Assembly: GCF_964188315.1 (NCBI RefSeq)
Contig: NC_135664.1
Location: 51,522,001-51,586,000, forward strand
Direction of reading: 5' to 3'
DNA length: 64,000 bases
From: Podarcis muralis
Taxonomy: Eukaryota
Under the pieces are notes generated by a model. That model was given only the letters and a program-made list of their open reading frames with translations, was not told the DNA's origin and did not search any database. The stretch's first letter is position 1. The number at the start of each line of letters is the position of its first letter. The position numbers and the translations under genes were made by a program. Of the stretch, positions 25,585-38,604 are shown piece by piece.

Positions 25585-25897
25585 GCAATTGTGTGAGTGG
25601 GGTGTGTGTGTGTTTTGGATCAGGTTAGCCATATTGATTTGTATGCTGTTGGTGGATTCTTGTCATTGTCTTGTTGGGCTGTGTATGTGATAAAGGGGAG
25701 CCATACCGGGGTGAAGGCGTCTTCTTCTGTTTGTCCCCGTGCCAGTTTCAGTTTATTGGTTAATTTTTCTAGTAGGGCTGTTTCCCATACTATTTGGTAC
25801 CATTGGTCCATGCTTACTCCTGACAGGTCTCTCCAGTGTCTGGTTTTGGTGTTTCTGGCTGCTGAAAGTAGGGTGGGTTATGAGTTCTTTGTGGTGT
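25585..25897 (-). mobile_element. Second fragment of the same L1 family (ORF2 C-terminus)
   Basis: Reverse complement of about 28333-28635, roughly 90% identical by eye. Peptide MDQWYQIVWETALLEKLTNKLKL matches MDQQYETVWETALLEKLTNKLKL. Confidence 0.9.
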
Positions 25898-27226
25898 CCC
25901 TGCCCCCAATTCTGAAACATCCTTCCATAACAGGCCGCCGTGAAGTTCATTCTCAGCATGTAAACTTGAATGTTGCCTTTAATCACCAATAGCTTCCTCT
26001 GGATAATTGCTACTCCCTGACAGTGCATCAATGTGCATCAAACAACACATGCAGCCTCCATATTGCTGCCCACATGATTGCACTAGGGAGCCTGCATGCA
26101 CAACTGTCTTTGGGCCTCTTCCGGCATTACTTTGCAGCATGTGAACCAATTCAGAATGTGTCCCTTCTGTGCTACTCTGGTAACGAGAAGTTCATTATGC
26201 AATTACTTCCCATACCAATGCTGCAACTCCAGCAGGAAATAGGGCACTGCTGGACCCACATCCTGGGCTCTTGCAATGTGGCCTAGATCTTCTAACAATC
26301 CAAATGATGCAAAGGGGACACAGACTGCAGCAGCCCTTCTTATATCAGTAGAAGTCTATGGTCTTCCTCCTAGCCTTAAAGAGCCAGAAACTCTTTGAAG
26401 GATGAAGGGGAAATTGAGAGAGCAGATCTTACAGATGAGATGTGGATATCAATCTGCATGAGAACTGCATAAACAATCAGTAATAGAGAAGTGAAAGGAT
26501 AGCTGTTTGAAATTAATGAGCCAATTTTCTCCCATTGTGAAACTCAAATAAAATCAGTGACATACTGGCATGGCACAATATATGAATGTGACCCAGAAAT
26601 GTCTAGCTAATTTCAAATTACCATTCTTTCACTTCATCTGCTTTTAATGTATCAATCCATATGAATATATAATATTATTTAGATTATAACCTTCAAGACT
26701 GGGGAGGCTTCACATTTTAATATTTTGTTAAATATATAGCCAGCAAACCTGTTAAAGCTGGAATGAAGATTGTCTGACAAAAGGAAATGCATAGTATGGT
26801 CTCTGACCCATCAATTATCATTTCTTGAAATCCACAGAGAATTGATGAGATTCCAAAAGGAAGTAATGCTATGTAGGTCAAATGTACTGCACTAGAAAAG
26901 TGCTCAATTTATCAAGGTTCTAGGAATACTTGTTATATATTAAAGTGTCACATTGTTGTAGCTGCTACAACAGCAAAGGTGTACAAACAAGAGCATAGCT
27001 TTTTATGTAAACCTTCTCAAGGTCAGTGGTAAAATGCTTAATTAAATTCTGTTCTTTAAACTCTGTCCCCATGGAAATATAAGGCTGCACACCTATATTT
27101 GCACTGGATGAAGCTTCATTTAACTCAGTGAAGCTTACATCTGAATAGACAAATACAGACTGAGTTGAAAAATAACTCCATAGCCATGCAGTGCAATCCT
27201 ACCCATATCTACAGAGAAGTAAGACT

Positions 27227-28980
27227 GCAGATAAAAATGATCACCCTCCCAAAACTAACCTACCCATTCCAAACCCTCCCAATCTGGATTCCCCCAACCC
27301 AACTCCGTAAATGGCAGAAAAAACTACATACCTGCACCTCCCCTCCTCCCCTCCTCCGAGAGAGGATGGGGAATCCCCAACATATAAGCATATTACATTG
27401 CCAACCAAGTGTGCCACATAATCCTATGTATACTAGAAGATGAGACAAAACAATGGATACATCTAGAGAGGGACACAGTTGAAAACACCTACACCACAGC
27501 ATACCCATTCCTCTCAAACAAACTAAGGAAAATTCCCACAAAACTTAACAGGTACACCCAGACCATGCTTAAAGCATGGAAAGCAAAAATAGGTAAACTG
27601 TCCCCAACCTCATCCCCATCCCCACTAATTCCCCTGGCATACCATCCATTATTCCATCACGCAGCACAAAACCTCCAAATAAAAACCTGGCAAACCAAAG
27701 GCCTATATCGCCTAACAGACTTCTATAAAAATAACAAACCCTTATCAACACAAGAAATACAAGACAAACTAGAAGACACCCAAATGCCCTGGTTAACACA
27801 ACACCAACTACATGCCCTCTTAAACAATCCAGTAGTAAAATCAGCAACAGCTAGGCCCATGACAACCTTTGAAAACCTCCTCCTAACAACAAAGGGACAC
27901 GGCAAAGAGATGGTATCCGCAATATACAAATTACTACTCCAAAACCCCATGAACCCCCTAGACGTAATCAAAAAACAATGGGAGGACGACATAGGCTATG
28001 AGATTAACACCACTCAGTGGACCAGAATGTGGCCTAAACCCCCTTTAAATCCATATCAACGAAAAGGAAAGAATTTACTCTAAAACTCACCTACAGGTAG
28101 TACCTAACGCCAAGGCAATTAGCTCTAATACACCCAGGAACCTTAACAAAATGCCGGAGAGGGTACACCTCCACAGGCACATACTTCCACATGTGGTGGG
28201 AATGCCCCAAAATCCAACTATTCTGGACAACATCCATAAAATAAATATGCAAAATAAGTAAGCAAGTATTGTATTAGAAATAACCCCAGAACTGGCCATA
28301 TTAAACATCTTCCAAGACAATAATGCCCACTCACATCACAAAGAACTTATAACCCAAATACTCTCAGCAACCAGAAACATCATAACCAGACACTGGAGAG
28401 ACCTGTCAGGAGTAAGCATGGACCAACAGTACGAAACAGTATGGGAAACAGCCTTACTAGAAAAATTAACCAATAAATTGAAACTGAGACGGGGACAAAT
28501 AGAAGAAGACACCTTCACCCCAGTATGGCTCCCCTTTGTCACATACACAGCCCAACAAGACAATGACAAGAATCCACCAACAGCATATGAATCAATATGG
28601 CTAACCTGATCCAAAACATCCACCCACCCCACTCACACATGAAAACAAAGTTCACCACAGCCAATCACAAACAAACAACCACACCCTAGGCCAACCCCAA
28701 CCTCTCTCACCACTAAAGGAACACAAGCAAATAGCAAAGAGAACCTGCACAAGCGATGCTGACACAAAACCCCACACATACATTAAGTAAAATAGAAACT
28801 TCGCCACCCGACCCCACCCCCACTCACCATTCCCCATTCCACCTCTTTCCCCCTTTTCTTCCTAATGTAACACTAATGTCTCAACAAATGAAACTGATCT
28901 GTAGAAAATGTAACTTGAAAAAAGAGACATTGCACATACTACTGTAAACCAAGAAATCTTTAATAAAAATACATTAAAAA
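27227..28980 (+). mobile_element. 5'-truncated L1/Tx1-clade LINE, 3' part of ORF2 plus 3' UTR
   Basis: Post-RT peptide IKMITLPKLTYPFQTLP, ORF 27409-28083 and further broken frames, decayed C-terminal zinc knuckle (KCRRG...GTYFHMWWECPKI), stop at about 28609, AATAAA at 28962-28967, A-rich tail, TSD GAAGTAA(G/A)ACT at 27216-27226 and 28981-28991. Confidence 0.88.
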
Positions 28981-30689
28981 GAAGTAAAACTATTGAGTTC
29001 ACTAAGACTTGCTGAGTGTGTGCATGCATGTATAGGATACTTACGACCTTAATTTTGTGTATCTATATGTATATACAGTATAGCAGTATAGATGAAAACA
29101 GAGGCTAATCTAAATGGTTCAGCTTCTAAATGTGACAAGTGAATTGAATTGATCATAAAAACTGCCCAGTAGCCAGAGAACAGAACAAATTCCCTGTTAC
29201 TCATCTTAGGGTACAAAACTCCTATATGTCCATATACTTCCTTAACTAAGAATAAGGCTGTGCACACACCATACAATTCAGTCACATTGCCTCCCCCGAA
29301 GAAGCATGAGAACTGTAGTTTGTTTTTGGGAATTCTGTGAAGGATGCATAAGACATGCATAAAATTGCTCTATTAAGTTTTGTTCTCTCTCCACACTTGC
29401 AACTTTAAAAAAGGAACATAAGTTACCAATATACCAAGTCTTACTAATTGCCTATCAATCATGACAATGCTTTCTCTGACAGACAGCAGCTCCCTAGGTC
29501 TCAGGCAGAACTATTCCCCAGTGGAAAAGATGAGGATGCTAAGGCCAGGACATTAAGCATGCAAATAATGTACTGCATTACTCAGCTAAGGTCAATCTGC
29601 ATCCTTACAGACAAGTCACCATGAAACCCATAAGCCCATCATAAACCTGCATCTTTCTGTTACTGCTGACTCCCCACAACCAAAACCCCACCCACCACTT
29701 TGAAGGCACGCACAATGCAAAAAGACAACACAAAAGGGTTATTTTTATAGCTGGGATGGGGAACCTGTGCCCCTTCAAATGTTGGACTCCAACTCCCATC
29801 AGCCCCAACTCATGGTTTTATAAACTTATACATATGTGTCCTACCAAGACAAAAAGCAATATGTCTTTTCAGTCACTATTAACAGGGAATAAATGTGGCT
29901 GGAAGACAATGAATTCAATATAGTTCAGTTTGACTCAACAAACCACTTCAAAGTTTGAGGAGCTACATGGCTTATCTTTAAATAATATGTGCTCATGACA
30001 CAGCACTGTGTAATTTCAAGCACAGAGCAACTCTGTTAAGTGTCTGAACACTTCTGTGACATATGTTGAAGGCAAATGAATAATGGTGGATAGAAGAAAT
30101 ATGGGGGAGAACGATCTCTACAACATAACTAGCCAAACGGGCTGTTCATATGATATTTTGGACCAGCTCCCCACTTATAGAACTTCCAACTGAGATTAGA
30201 TTTTCCCCAGTACTGCGGAAGTTTCAGCATTGCTTAAAGACATATAAACTTGCTGGGCATTTGGTGGTTAGCTGTAGGTCTTGCTTTGCTGCTGTGTTTT
30301 TAAAAGTTTATGTTGATTTGTTCTTATTTTAACTGTTATTTTATGATATTTGTATGATGTTACGACATTTGTATGGCTTTACTATTCTTGTTAGCTGCCC
30401 TACGGCCCAGTAAGATGAAGGATTGGGTAGAAGTACAATGAATGAATGAATAATAGTAAATAAACAAACCAAAACTGTGAGAAAATCTGTAGGTGTGGTG
30501 TGAGTTCAAAGAGCTCATCTTGGCTTGGCTCAGGAAATGATGGGCAGTAATGGGACAGTAATGATCAGCCTTTACTCTAACAACCCAGCCTGTCACAACC
30601 ATCGGCTCAAATGTTTGCGTAACTCTTGCCCTCAGTATCCCAGATATTGCCTTGTTAAAAATATTTTACTGTGAAGTTGGTCGAATGAC

Positions 30690-31080
30690 CTCAAAGAAGA
30701 AGTGCATGACCAGAGGGAGTGCTTGGTACAGCTTCTATTCAATGCCTTCATTAAAAGCCAAGAGGATAAAGTATATTGTCCTTTGATCGAGTCTATAGAT
30801 AACGCTAAACTAGAAGGATTTGCCAACGCAGTGGCAAAGAGACTGAAAGTACAAAATGATCCAGAGATCTGAGGGAGATGGGCAAATTCAAATAGGATCA
30901 GATTTCATTTAGATAAATGTACAGTAATACACTTAGGGAAAACAAATCACAGCACAAGTGCAAAATGAAAGGCATTTGCTCAGACAACAGGGAAGGATTT
31001 GGGGAGCGATAAGTGGATAGCAAATTGGAACGAAGCTCACTACACTGCAGCCGTGAAGCAAAAGCTGGTCTGCAATGTAT
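30690..31080 (+). mobile_element. Highly degenerate CR1 RT fragment
   Basis: Remnants of CR1 RT core (DNAKLEGFAN...RLKVQND...WANSNRIRF..DKCTVIHLG). Confidence 0.55.
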
Positions 31081-32511
31081 AAAATGAGGCACACACAGAA
31101 GGAGTGACCTGTACTGTTTAAGTTAGGGCAATTTAAGAACTACATGCCTGTACAGACACAATTCTGGTGGCTTCATTACAAAAAAAAAGGTCAGGAGACA
31201 AAATGGACATGTTTGTATGTCACACACAGTTTATCATTATGTGACTGGGCTTAAGCAGGTCTTGGCCTTGCATCCTGCCCCTTTCTTTTTCCCTGCAGAG
31301 AAGGAGTTCAGAAGCTTTCACTCCCTTTTTTTGTTTAACTGTGGTTTGTCATTTCATCAGATGCAACTAACTGTGATTAAGATTAGCTATATTTAGTTTT
31401 AAGGGGAGGGGAGCATGCAAGCCCAAGGCTCACCTAGACTCATTCACATCACAATAAACTATGGTTTAGCTGCAAACTTTATCACGGTGTGTGAACGCAG
31501 GCATTGCTAATTTCAGAAATTAAAACAGAATATTTAACGTAATCTTATGAACACAGCTTCTTTAAAAAGAAATAATCTACAGTAAGGCACAGGGAACGTC
31601 ACCTCATGTTCTTCAAAAGGTTTTGATACCAAAGGAGTCCACTATGATCCATCTGAGCATTAAAACATAATAATAGATCATAGATTTAGAAGTCACAGGC
31701 ATTATTAGCATATAAAAACAAGCTAACAGCATAGCTACCTTGTGACAGCTGGCAGCTAATCTACACAGCTGGAGACTGTATCCACATAACATCTTTCTAT
31801 TTACTGTTGTATGGAAATATTGATTGCATTGCAGAAGCTTGACATTAGAAGGTTCATTTCTATAGCTCCCACAACTTATGAGTTACAATTATTCTGTTAC
31901 AAAAGCTATGCATGCCTTATTATAATTGTTTTAAGTCAAAAGGCCAACAGATGCAAACATATGTTTGTTTTTCTTAATTGGAATAGGGGTCTTAAAACCT
32001 TAAGCAGATCAAATTTATCTAAACCAGTGTGGGCACTACTTCTTTCTTTGTTCAGGTTCACTAGTCCTCATGGAAATCACCATTAAAATGTGCACATTTC
32101 CCTCCTTATGTTAGCGATTCTCAAACATCTCAGTATGGGCAAATTTAAAGATAAAAATCCTCAATCACCCATCAATTTTTCTTCCTGCCTGCATTGTCCA
32201 TAATATCCCCTTTCCCAGAAGCCCAAAATGAAGCCATCTTCATTTTCATGCATTTGATTCACTAAACCATATATTATTTCAAGGGCTTTTTCGTAGCCTT
32301 GGATCTCAGAACACATCTTTTAGCGCTGAAATATTCAATGTAAGCAGGATAATTTTGGGGCTAGCTTTAGAAATACCTATTCTCCAAGCTACAAGGACCC
32401 TCCTTGTGCTTCCTCTTCTCTAGACAGTGGAAACCAGGAGCAAAGATAACTAATGCATTCTTCATACTGCAAAATAATTTGGCTAAAAGCCACCCTTTTA
32501 TCCTTTCTGTG

Positions 32512-32649
32512 TCAGTCAGACCTCATCTGACACCTATAGTTCTGAGCACTCCAATTTAAGAAGGATGTCAGCAAACTGGAATGTGTCCAAGATGGTGAAG
32601 GGACTTGAGACCAACTCCTATAAGAAAAGGTTGAAGGAGTTGGATATGG
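32512..32649 (+). mobile_element. CR1 RT C-terminal fragment, degenerate
   Basis: Reads VRPHL...QFKKDVSKLECVQ...MVKGLETNSYKKRLKELDM across deletions. Confidence 0.7.
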
Positions 32650-33370
32650 CCAACGATCAAGAATTCTAGGAGCTGTAGTCCAACAACATCTAGAAGGCAA
32701 TCCCTTTAAGGGTAACATTGCAACACTTTAAAATACAGTTTTATAAATTATTTGACGTTTCCCAAACTTTTCTTTAAAAAGAAGCTGTCACGGGCATGAC
32801 TGTGTGAAGGTGGTGCATCATTAAAAAGAGAGAAAATATTGTCATGTTCTCCTGCGACAACTGCTGTTTATAGTGGAAAATTACACTGCAATAGACATTT
32901 TGATAAGTGTTGCAAAGCATTTACAGCAGGTATGTGAGCTTCTGTATGACTGGCGAATACCCATCTCCTTTGCTCTATATATGAAAAGAGTAGTTAACAA
33001 TGACACAAACACCCCACTGAATATTATTATTCAGCTAATCATGATTTGCTTCCCAAACGCCTATTTCTATTCTACAGGGTTGGCATCTCCCACAATTTAA
33101 TTAAGTTTCAGTATATTTAGCTGGTTCCCCACCCCCAACTTCTCAACTGATGAAGTTTTTAAATTAATTTCAACAAATTGAGTGAGGAAGGGTCAAAGGG
33201 CTGGGGTGATCAGGGACAAAGGGAAGGTATCCTATAGCTTTAAGAAAAATGAAAAACAGAATTTCAGCAGGCATATCTTGTCATGCAGGGGTTAGAAATG
33301 CTGCATAGAAGGGGGAATAGCAGCAGGTAGAATGCACCTATGGTATACAGGATTACGTTTGGGCCTGCAA

Positions 33371-33462
33371 CAGCCTTCAGCAACCAGGTGCCCACCAGAT
33401 GCTGGCTGGGGCTTGAAGCTGTAGCTTTAAACATCTGAAGAGCACCAGGCTACTGAAGGCTG
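33371..33462. mobile_element. Short hAT-type MITE
   Basis: TIRs CAGCCTTCAGCAACC and GGCTACTGAAGGCTG. Confidence 0.6.
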
Positions 33463-33794
33463 CCCTAGAAGAACTCAATTATTGTCAACAATACAGTTTG
33501 GATGCCCTTTGGCAAGTTTTAATTGATCGATCTTTCTTCCCTATCTCTTAAAAGGAGAAAAATCATGACCTGTCACAGAATGATGAGGCAAGCACAGGGC
33601 CAGCCCGCCCATTAGGCAGACTGAGGAAACCACCACATAACCCCAGTAAGCGACGCTTCTGCACCCTCCCATTTTGCCCCAAGGAACAAAATGGGGCAGG
33701 CCACCCCTGGGCCAGTATATATATATGTGGTCCACTGGGACCATATATAACACTGGTCCTAAAGGATCAGCACTGACTCCCAGTACATTTCCGA

Positions 33795-34035
33795 ACACAA
33801 TTCAAAGTGTCGGTGCTGACTTTTAAAGCCTTCAACAGCCTCGGCCATTACTTATTGCAGAAGAGAAGTTACACAGAACCAGGCAGAGGATCTTCCCTGT
33901 GGAACACCCTCCCACCAGATGTCAAAGAGATAAACAATTATATGACTTTTAGATGACATCTGAAGGCAGCCCTGTACAGGGAAGTTTTTAATATTTGAGG
34001 TTTTATTGTGTTTTTAATTTTTTGTTGGGAGCCAC
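33795..34035 (+). mobile_element. L2 LINE 3' fragment with internal deletion
   Basis: CAATTCAAAGTGTCGGTGCTGACTTTTAAAGCC (QFKVSVLTFKA) and CTGTGGAACACCCTCCC (LWNTLP). Confidence 0.65.
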
Positions 34036-34549
34036 CTCTAGGAAATCTTTTACAGTAGCAACTTTCTTTCACAACAGGACTGTGATTCACAGTGCCTTCT
34101 TAGGGCTGGGAGGACTCAAGGGAAGACTCAAGCTTTACTTCTTTACTTTTGTGCGTTTTACAGAAGACCGATCAACAGGAATCGGCAGATGAAACTTCAT
34201 GGCATGGAAAGAACATCATCACCTGCTAAGGTCTGCAGGTCGAGCTGTCATTAAGACGGTAGAACAAAAGAGTAGGCAAAAACAAAACAAAAAGTAAGTA
34301 GTCCTAGCTATGATAAGATGATGTCTTCTGTCTCGAGCTCCAGACATTCCTTTGGATCAATATGATGAACCATAGCTACAACAGCTGTTAGTAATTTTCC
34401 ACTTCTGGGCTTGCAAGTCTTCTTTGCAGATAGCTCAAAAGTGACAGAAGTCAGAACTGGATCAGGGTGCAGGTAGAGAAGAAAAAGACAGTATGAGCAA
34501 ATCCCTTTCGCTGACAGATGCCTGTCCTGTATCAGCTATATTTTATTGC

Positions 34550-34594
<45 letters not shown>

Positions 34595-34595
34595 T
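34550..34595. repeat. (TAT)n microsatellite
   Basis: Directly visible. Confidence 0.95.
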
Positions 34596-34724
34596 ACTCC
34601 TAAAATATATCAAGGCAGCTCATGGCATGAAAATACAATACAACCAGTCTATAAATATATATAAAACATAATATAAAAACAGCAATAAAATATCAACAAA
34701 TACTGGTTGGTTAAAAGAAAAATT

Positions 34725-35330
34725 CATAGAATCAAAGAATTGTAGAGCTGGGGAGAAGACCCAAGGGCCTCTAGACCAACCCCCTGCAATGCAGGAATCT
34801 CAACTAAAGCATCCATGACAGATGACCACCCAACCTCTGCTTAAAAACCTTCAATGAAGGAGAATCCAAAATCTCCCAAGGAAGACTGTTCCACTGTTGA
34901 ACAGCTCTTATTGTCAGAAAGCTCTTCCTGATGTTGAGTTGGCATCTCCTATCTCCTTTAACTTGAAGCCACTGGTTCGAGTTCTACCCTCCAGAGCAGA
35001 AGAAAACAAGCTTGCTCCATCTTCCATGTGACAGCCCTTAAGACATTTGAAGATGGCTATCATATCTCCTCTCACTCACCTTTTTTCCAGGCTAACCATA
35101 CCCAGCTCCTTCAACCATTTCTCATAAGGCTTGGTTTCCAGATCTTTGATTATCTTGGTTGCCCTCCTCTGCACACATCCCAGCTTGTCAACATCCTTCT
35201 TAAATTGTGGCACCCAGAACTGGACACAGTATTCCAGATGAAGTCTGACCAAAGAATAGAGTGGTACTATGACTTCCCTTGATCTGGACACTATACTTCT
35301 ATTGATGGATCTAGAATAGCATTAGCTTTT

Positions 35331-35381
<51 letters not shown>

Positions 35382-35474
35382 AATCATGCTGAGCTTGTGG
35401 TCCACTAAGACCCCTAGATCCTTTTCACATGTACTACTAGTAAGCCAGGTATCCACCATCTTATATGTGTGCAG
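34725..35474 (-). mobile_element. CR1 LINE 3' fragment
   Basis: Peptides TCEKDLGVLVDHKL and [34 protein letters not shown]...VQRRATK...[12 protein letters not shown], and an ATTCTATG-type terminal repeat at 34725-34740. Confidence 0.92.
35332..35380. repeat. (TGC)n microsatellite, about 16 units, inside CR1 ORF2
   Basis: Directly visible. CR1 coding sequence continues on both sides. Confidence 0.97.
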
Positions 35475-36202
35475 ACCTGGTCTAAATAGTACCACGTTCA
35501 GAAGGCATTTGAAAGAAGGCAGGGCTGGTTCCTGCTGAACCTCTAACAGTGAGTTCTACAGGGCAGGACCTGCCACCCTAAAAGCTTGGTCCCTTGTTTA
35601 GGACAACTGAACCTCATGGCCACATCAGAGAATCTCAGTAATCAAGATGGAGTATAAGCTACTTTGAACCCAAGGTACTTAAGTCTTTGTGAATTAACTA
35701 AAGAACCTTGAACCTGGCCTGGTAGGTATACAGAGAAACCCAGAATCTAGAGGCAGCAGGTATTCTAATTAATGGCAAGCAGAAAGCAGAATGTGTGCAG
35801 TAGGAATACTTGTTGCTTATGTGGAATAATTCCTAATGCTGCATACGTTATTCTATGAAGGCTGCATAATGCAAAGCAGCAGCTTTCAGTCCACAGCAGT
35901 CAGGTTAGTCTGCATATCTTTTAATATGCTTTAGGAAATCTCAGTGACAACAAGATTGATAGAAATAGAGGCTAAGGGTGCAAAATGATTTTAATGAAGC
36001 AGTAATATAGCCAAAATTGCAAAGCATGATGGGGATCAACCTTAAAACTGGGTCATGGTTCCCACTTACAATGGAAGCGCTGCCAACTCTGCTTCTTGTT
36101 CACTGTAGAAGCCATCATGAAATATAAGCTCTCATTTGAGGGTCAGGGAAATTTCTGGATTGTGGTTGCCAAAAGCCTGGATCATTGTTTAACTGCTAGG
36201 AT

Positions 36203-36440
36203 TTAAGAACATAAAAAAAGCCCTCCTGTGTCAGAGCAAAGGCCGATCTAGTCCAACATTCTGTTCTTGTAGTGGGCAGCCTGATGCCTATGGGAAGCCG
36301 ATGAGCAGGACATAAGTTCAACTGCACCATTTCTATTTGTGATTCCCAGCAAATGGTATTCAAAGACATTCTGCCTCTAGCCATCATGCCTAGTAGTGAG
36401 TGATTACTTTTATCCTCCATGAATTTGCCTAAAGCCACCC
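36203..36440 (-). mobile_element. CR1 3' end fragment
   Basis: TAAGAACATA...CAAAGGCCGATCTAGTCCAACATTCTG...ATCCTCCATGAATTTG, same family as 25443. Confidence 0.55.
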
Positions 36441-37689
36441 AAGTGCTAGCGAGTTCCATAGTTTAACTAACAAGTTTCCATAGCATTGAATCACAGCAAA
36501 GTTAATACTGATTAAAACTGGAATAATATACCTGTTTAGAACATACAAAACACCCAATAAGAGACACCTGTTTCAGCATGCCAGAAAAGTTGCTTGCATA
36601 ACTGCATCAAGATCAATCTTTCTTCGCTAGGGAGACTGGTCCTACAGTATCTTGAAAAAATTTGTAGTCCCCACCCCCATACATCATATGTTCAGGATTT
36701 TCTGGATGTGTCCAACTGTCTTGGCAAGATTCTGATAAAGTCCCTGAAGGTATTATGGGATTTTATTTTTCCCTGGTCTGGCTTCCTGTGTTGCCTTTCT
36801 GACAATGCTAGAAACAGATCTTCAGAAGGAGAAGAAACATATTTAAAAAGGAGCCTCTGCCTGACCTCCAATTCCCAAACAGGCCAGCTGGACAGGGTAT
36901 TGTCCAGCAATTTCATAGGACTGGAAAGAACATGTTCTTTCCTCCTACAGTTTCTGCTTGCATAAAGCAGCTAGAGCAAGCACAGTTTAATTTCCATTTG
37001 GTTTCCATTATCTGCTCTGCTCCAAGGCACAGAAATCTGGCTTCTCTCGAGCAGTAAAACAATACAGTAAATTGCTACTATTAAGTAAACTGGCCCAAGG
37101 TTGCCCAGTACCAAGGGAGATGGGATACATGACAATACCATCCATTTGCTGTGGATGTAACCCAAATTTACATTGAAATAAAATTATTCAGCAGGAGCAT
37201 CTCTAGAGCCTAAACTGCACTGGAGGCTGTAGACACAACCTGAGCCAGCTACTCCTCATTTCAGCAACCTGCTGTTGTGTTAGGTCTGTCTATGCTAAGA
37301 TGAAGACAAAGACTGCACCAACTCCACAGTCAGTTTCCAAAAGCAGATTCAGGAACCATTCCCTTTTACACACAAAAGGTAGGGCGGGGAGCTCCATTAA
37401 GGGATGTAAAAGAAAAAGCAGCACAATGAAATACAACCTTATCTGAGCAGGGTTGGCAAAAAAACAAGGAAAGGAGAACTAAGTTGTTATTAAAGGGCTT
37501 GACAATGCACTTTTTAGAGCAGGATGTAGACATCAGCCCTGCCTATCAAACGTGTTGCTAGATGGCTGAAACCATACATGCATTTGCAAACCCTTTCATA
37601 GCCACTTGGTAATACTTATCAGCGCCAGGTTTAATGCACACTAACTCCATTCAGGTTTTCTCACTTTAAAGGTCACCATATTCCCTCCA

Positions 37690-38046
37690 AGGGATGCAGG
37701 TGGCACTGTGGGTTAAACCACAGAGCCTAGGACTTGCCGATCAGAAGGTCAGTGGTTTGAATCCCTGCAACGGGGTGAGCTCCCGTTGCTCGGTCCCTGC
37801 TCCTGCCAACCTAGCAGTTCGAAAGCACAAAGTGCAAGTAGATAAATAGGTACCGTTCCAGCGGGAAGGTAAAAGGCATTTCCGTGCGCTGCTCTGGTTC
37901 GCCAGAAGCAGTTTAGTCATGCTGGCCATAGGACCTGGAAGCTGTATGCCGGCTCCCTCGGCCAACAAAGCGAGATGAGCGCCACAACCCCAGAGTCGGC
38001 CACGACTGGACCTAATGGTCAGGGGTACCTTTACCTTTACCTTTAC
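37690..38046 (+). mobile_element. Sauria SINE, full length, more diverged
   Basis: Head GGGATGCAGGTGGCACTGTGG, (ACCTTT)3 tail, TSD ATTCCCTCCA at 37680-37689 and 38047-38056. Confidence 0.93.
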
Positions 38047-38456
38047 ATTCCCTCCAGCTAGTGGGGGGAGAGGCCAGTCCCCTTTCCTCTTCTGCTTCCA
38101 TGGCTGCAGCTAGCCTCCAATGCATGATGTGGTAGGCTACAGTCGATGGTCTGTGCCCTCTTTCTGCACAGTCTGCCTCCCAGTTCCACTGTTGCTTTCC
38201 CTCACCATTGCAGTCCCCAGTGAAACTGACATGCTCGAGGAAAAGGTTTCTCAGTCCGTTCAATGCCAATTTCCTCCCTCCCTAACCCACTCCAGAGTCT
38301 AGTGAACCTGACACGTTTGAGGGAAAGCTTTGTCCATCTGTTAACAGGGTGACCTGTCAGAAACTGCTGGATCTGTATGCAGCGGCCTTGTGTCACTGAA
38401 CCGCAGCTGGCAGCCTTCACAGTGAAGAACCTTCTGGCCCTGGGCTGCCTGCTGAA

Positions 38457-38604
38457 CAGTGGCGTAGCGTGGGTTGTCAGCACCCGGGGCAAGGCAAGTA
38501 ATTTGTGCCCCCTAACCCGTGGATTTGCGCCCCCTAACCCTAACCCCCAGATGTTGCGCCCGGTGCGGCCAGCCCCCCCTGCACCCCCCCACGCTACGCC
38601 ACTG
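38457..38604. mobile_element. Young 148-bp hAT MITE
   Basis: Perfect 17-bp TIR CAGTGGCGTAGCGTGGG, perfect 8-bp TSD CTGCTGAA at 38449-38456 and 38605-38612, CpGs intact. Confidence 0.92.

Noticed and set aside
25585-25897. Twin-priming 5' inversion of the 27227-28980 L1
   Set aside because: It duplicates sequence still present in the plus copy, is about 10% diverged, and lies outside that copy's TSD.
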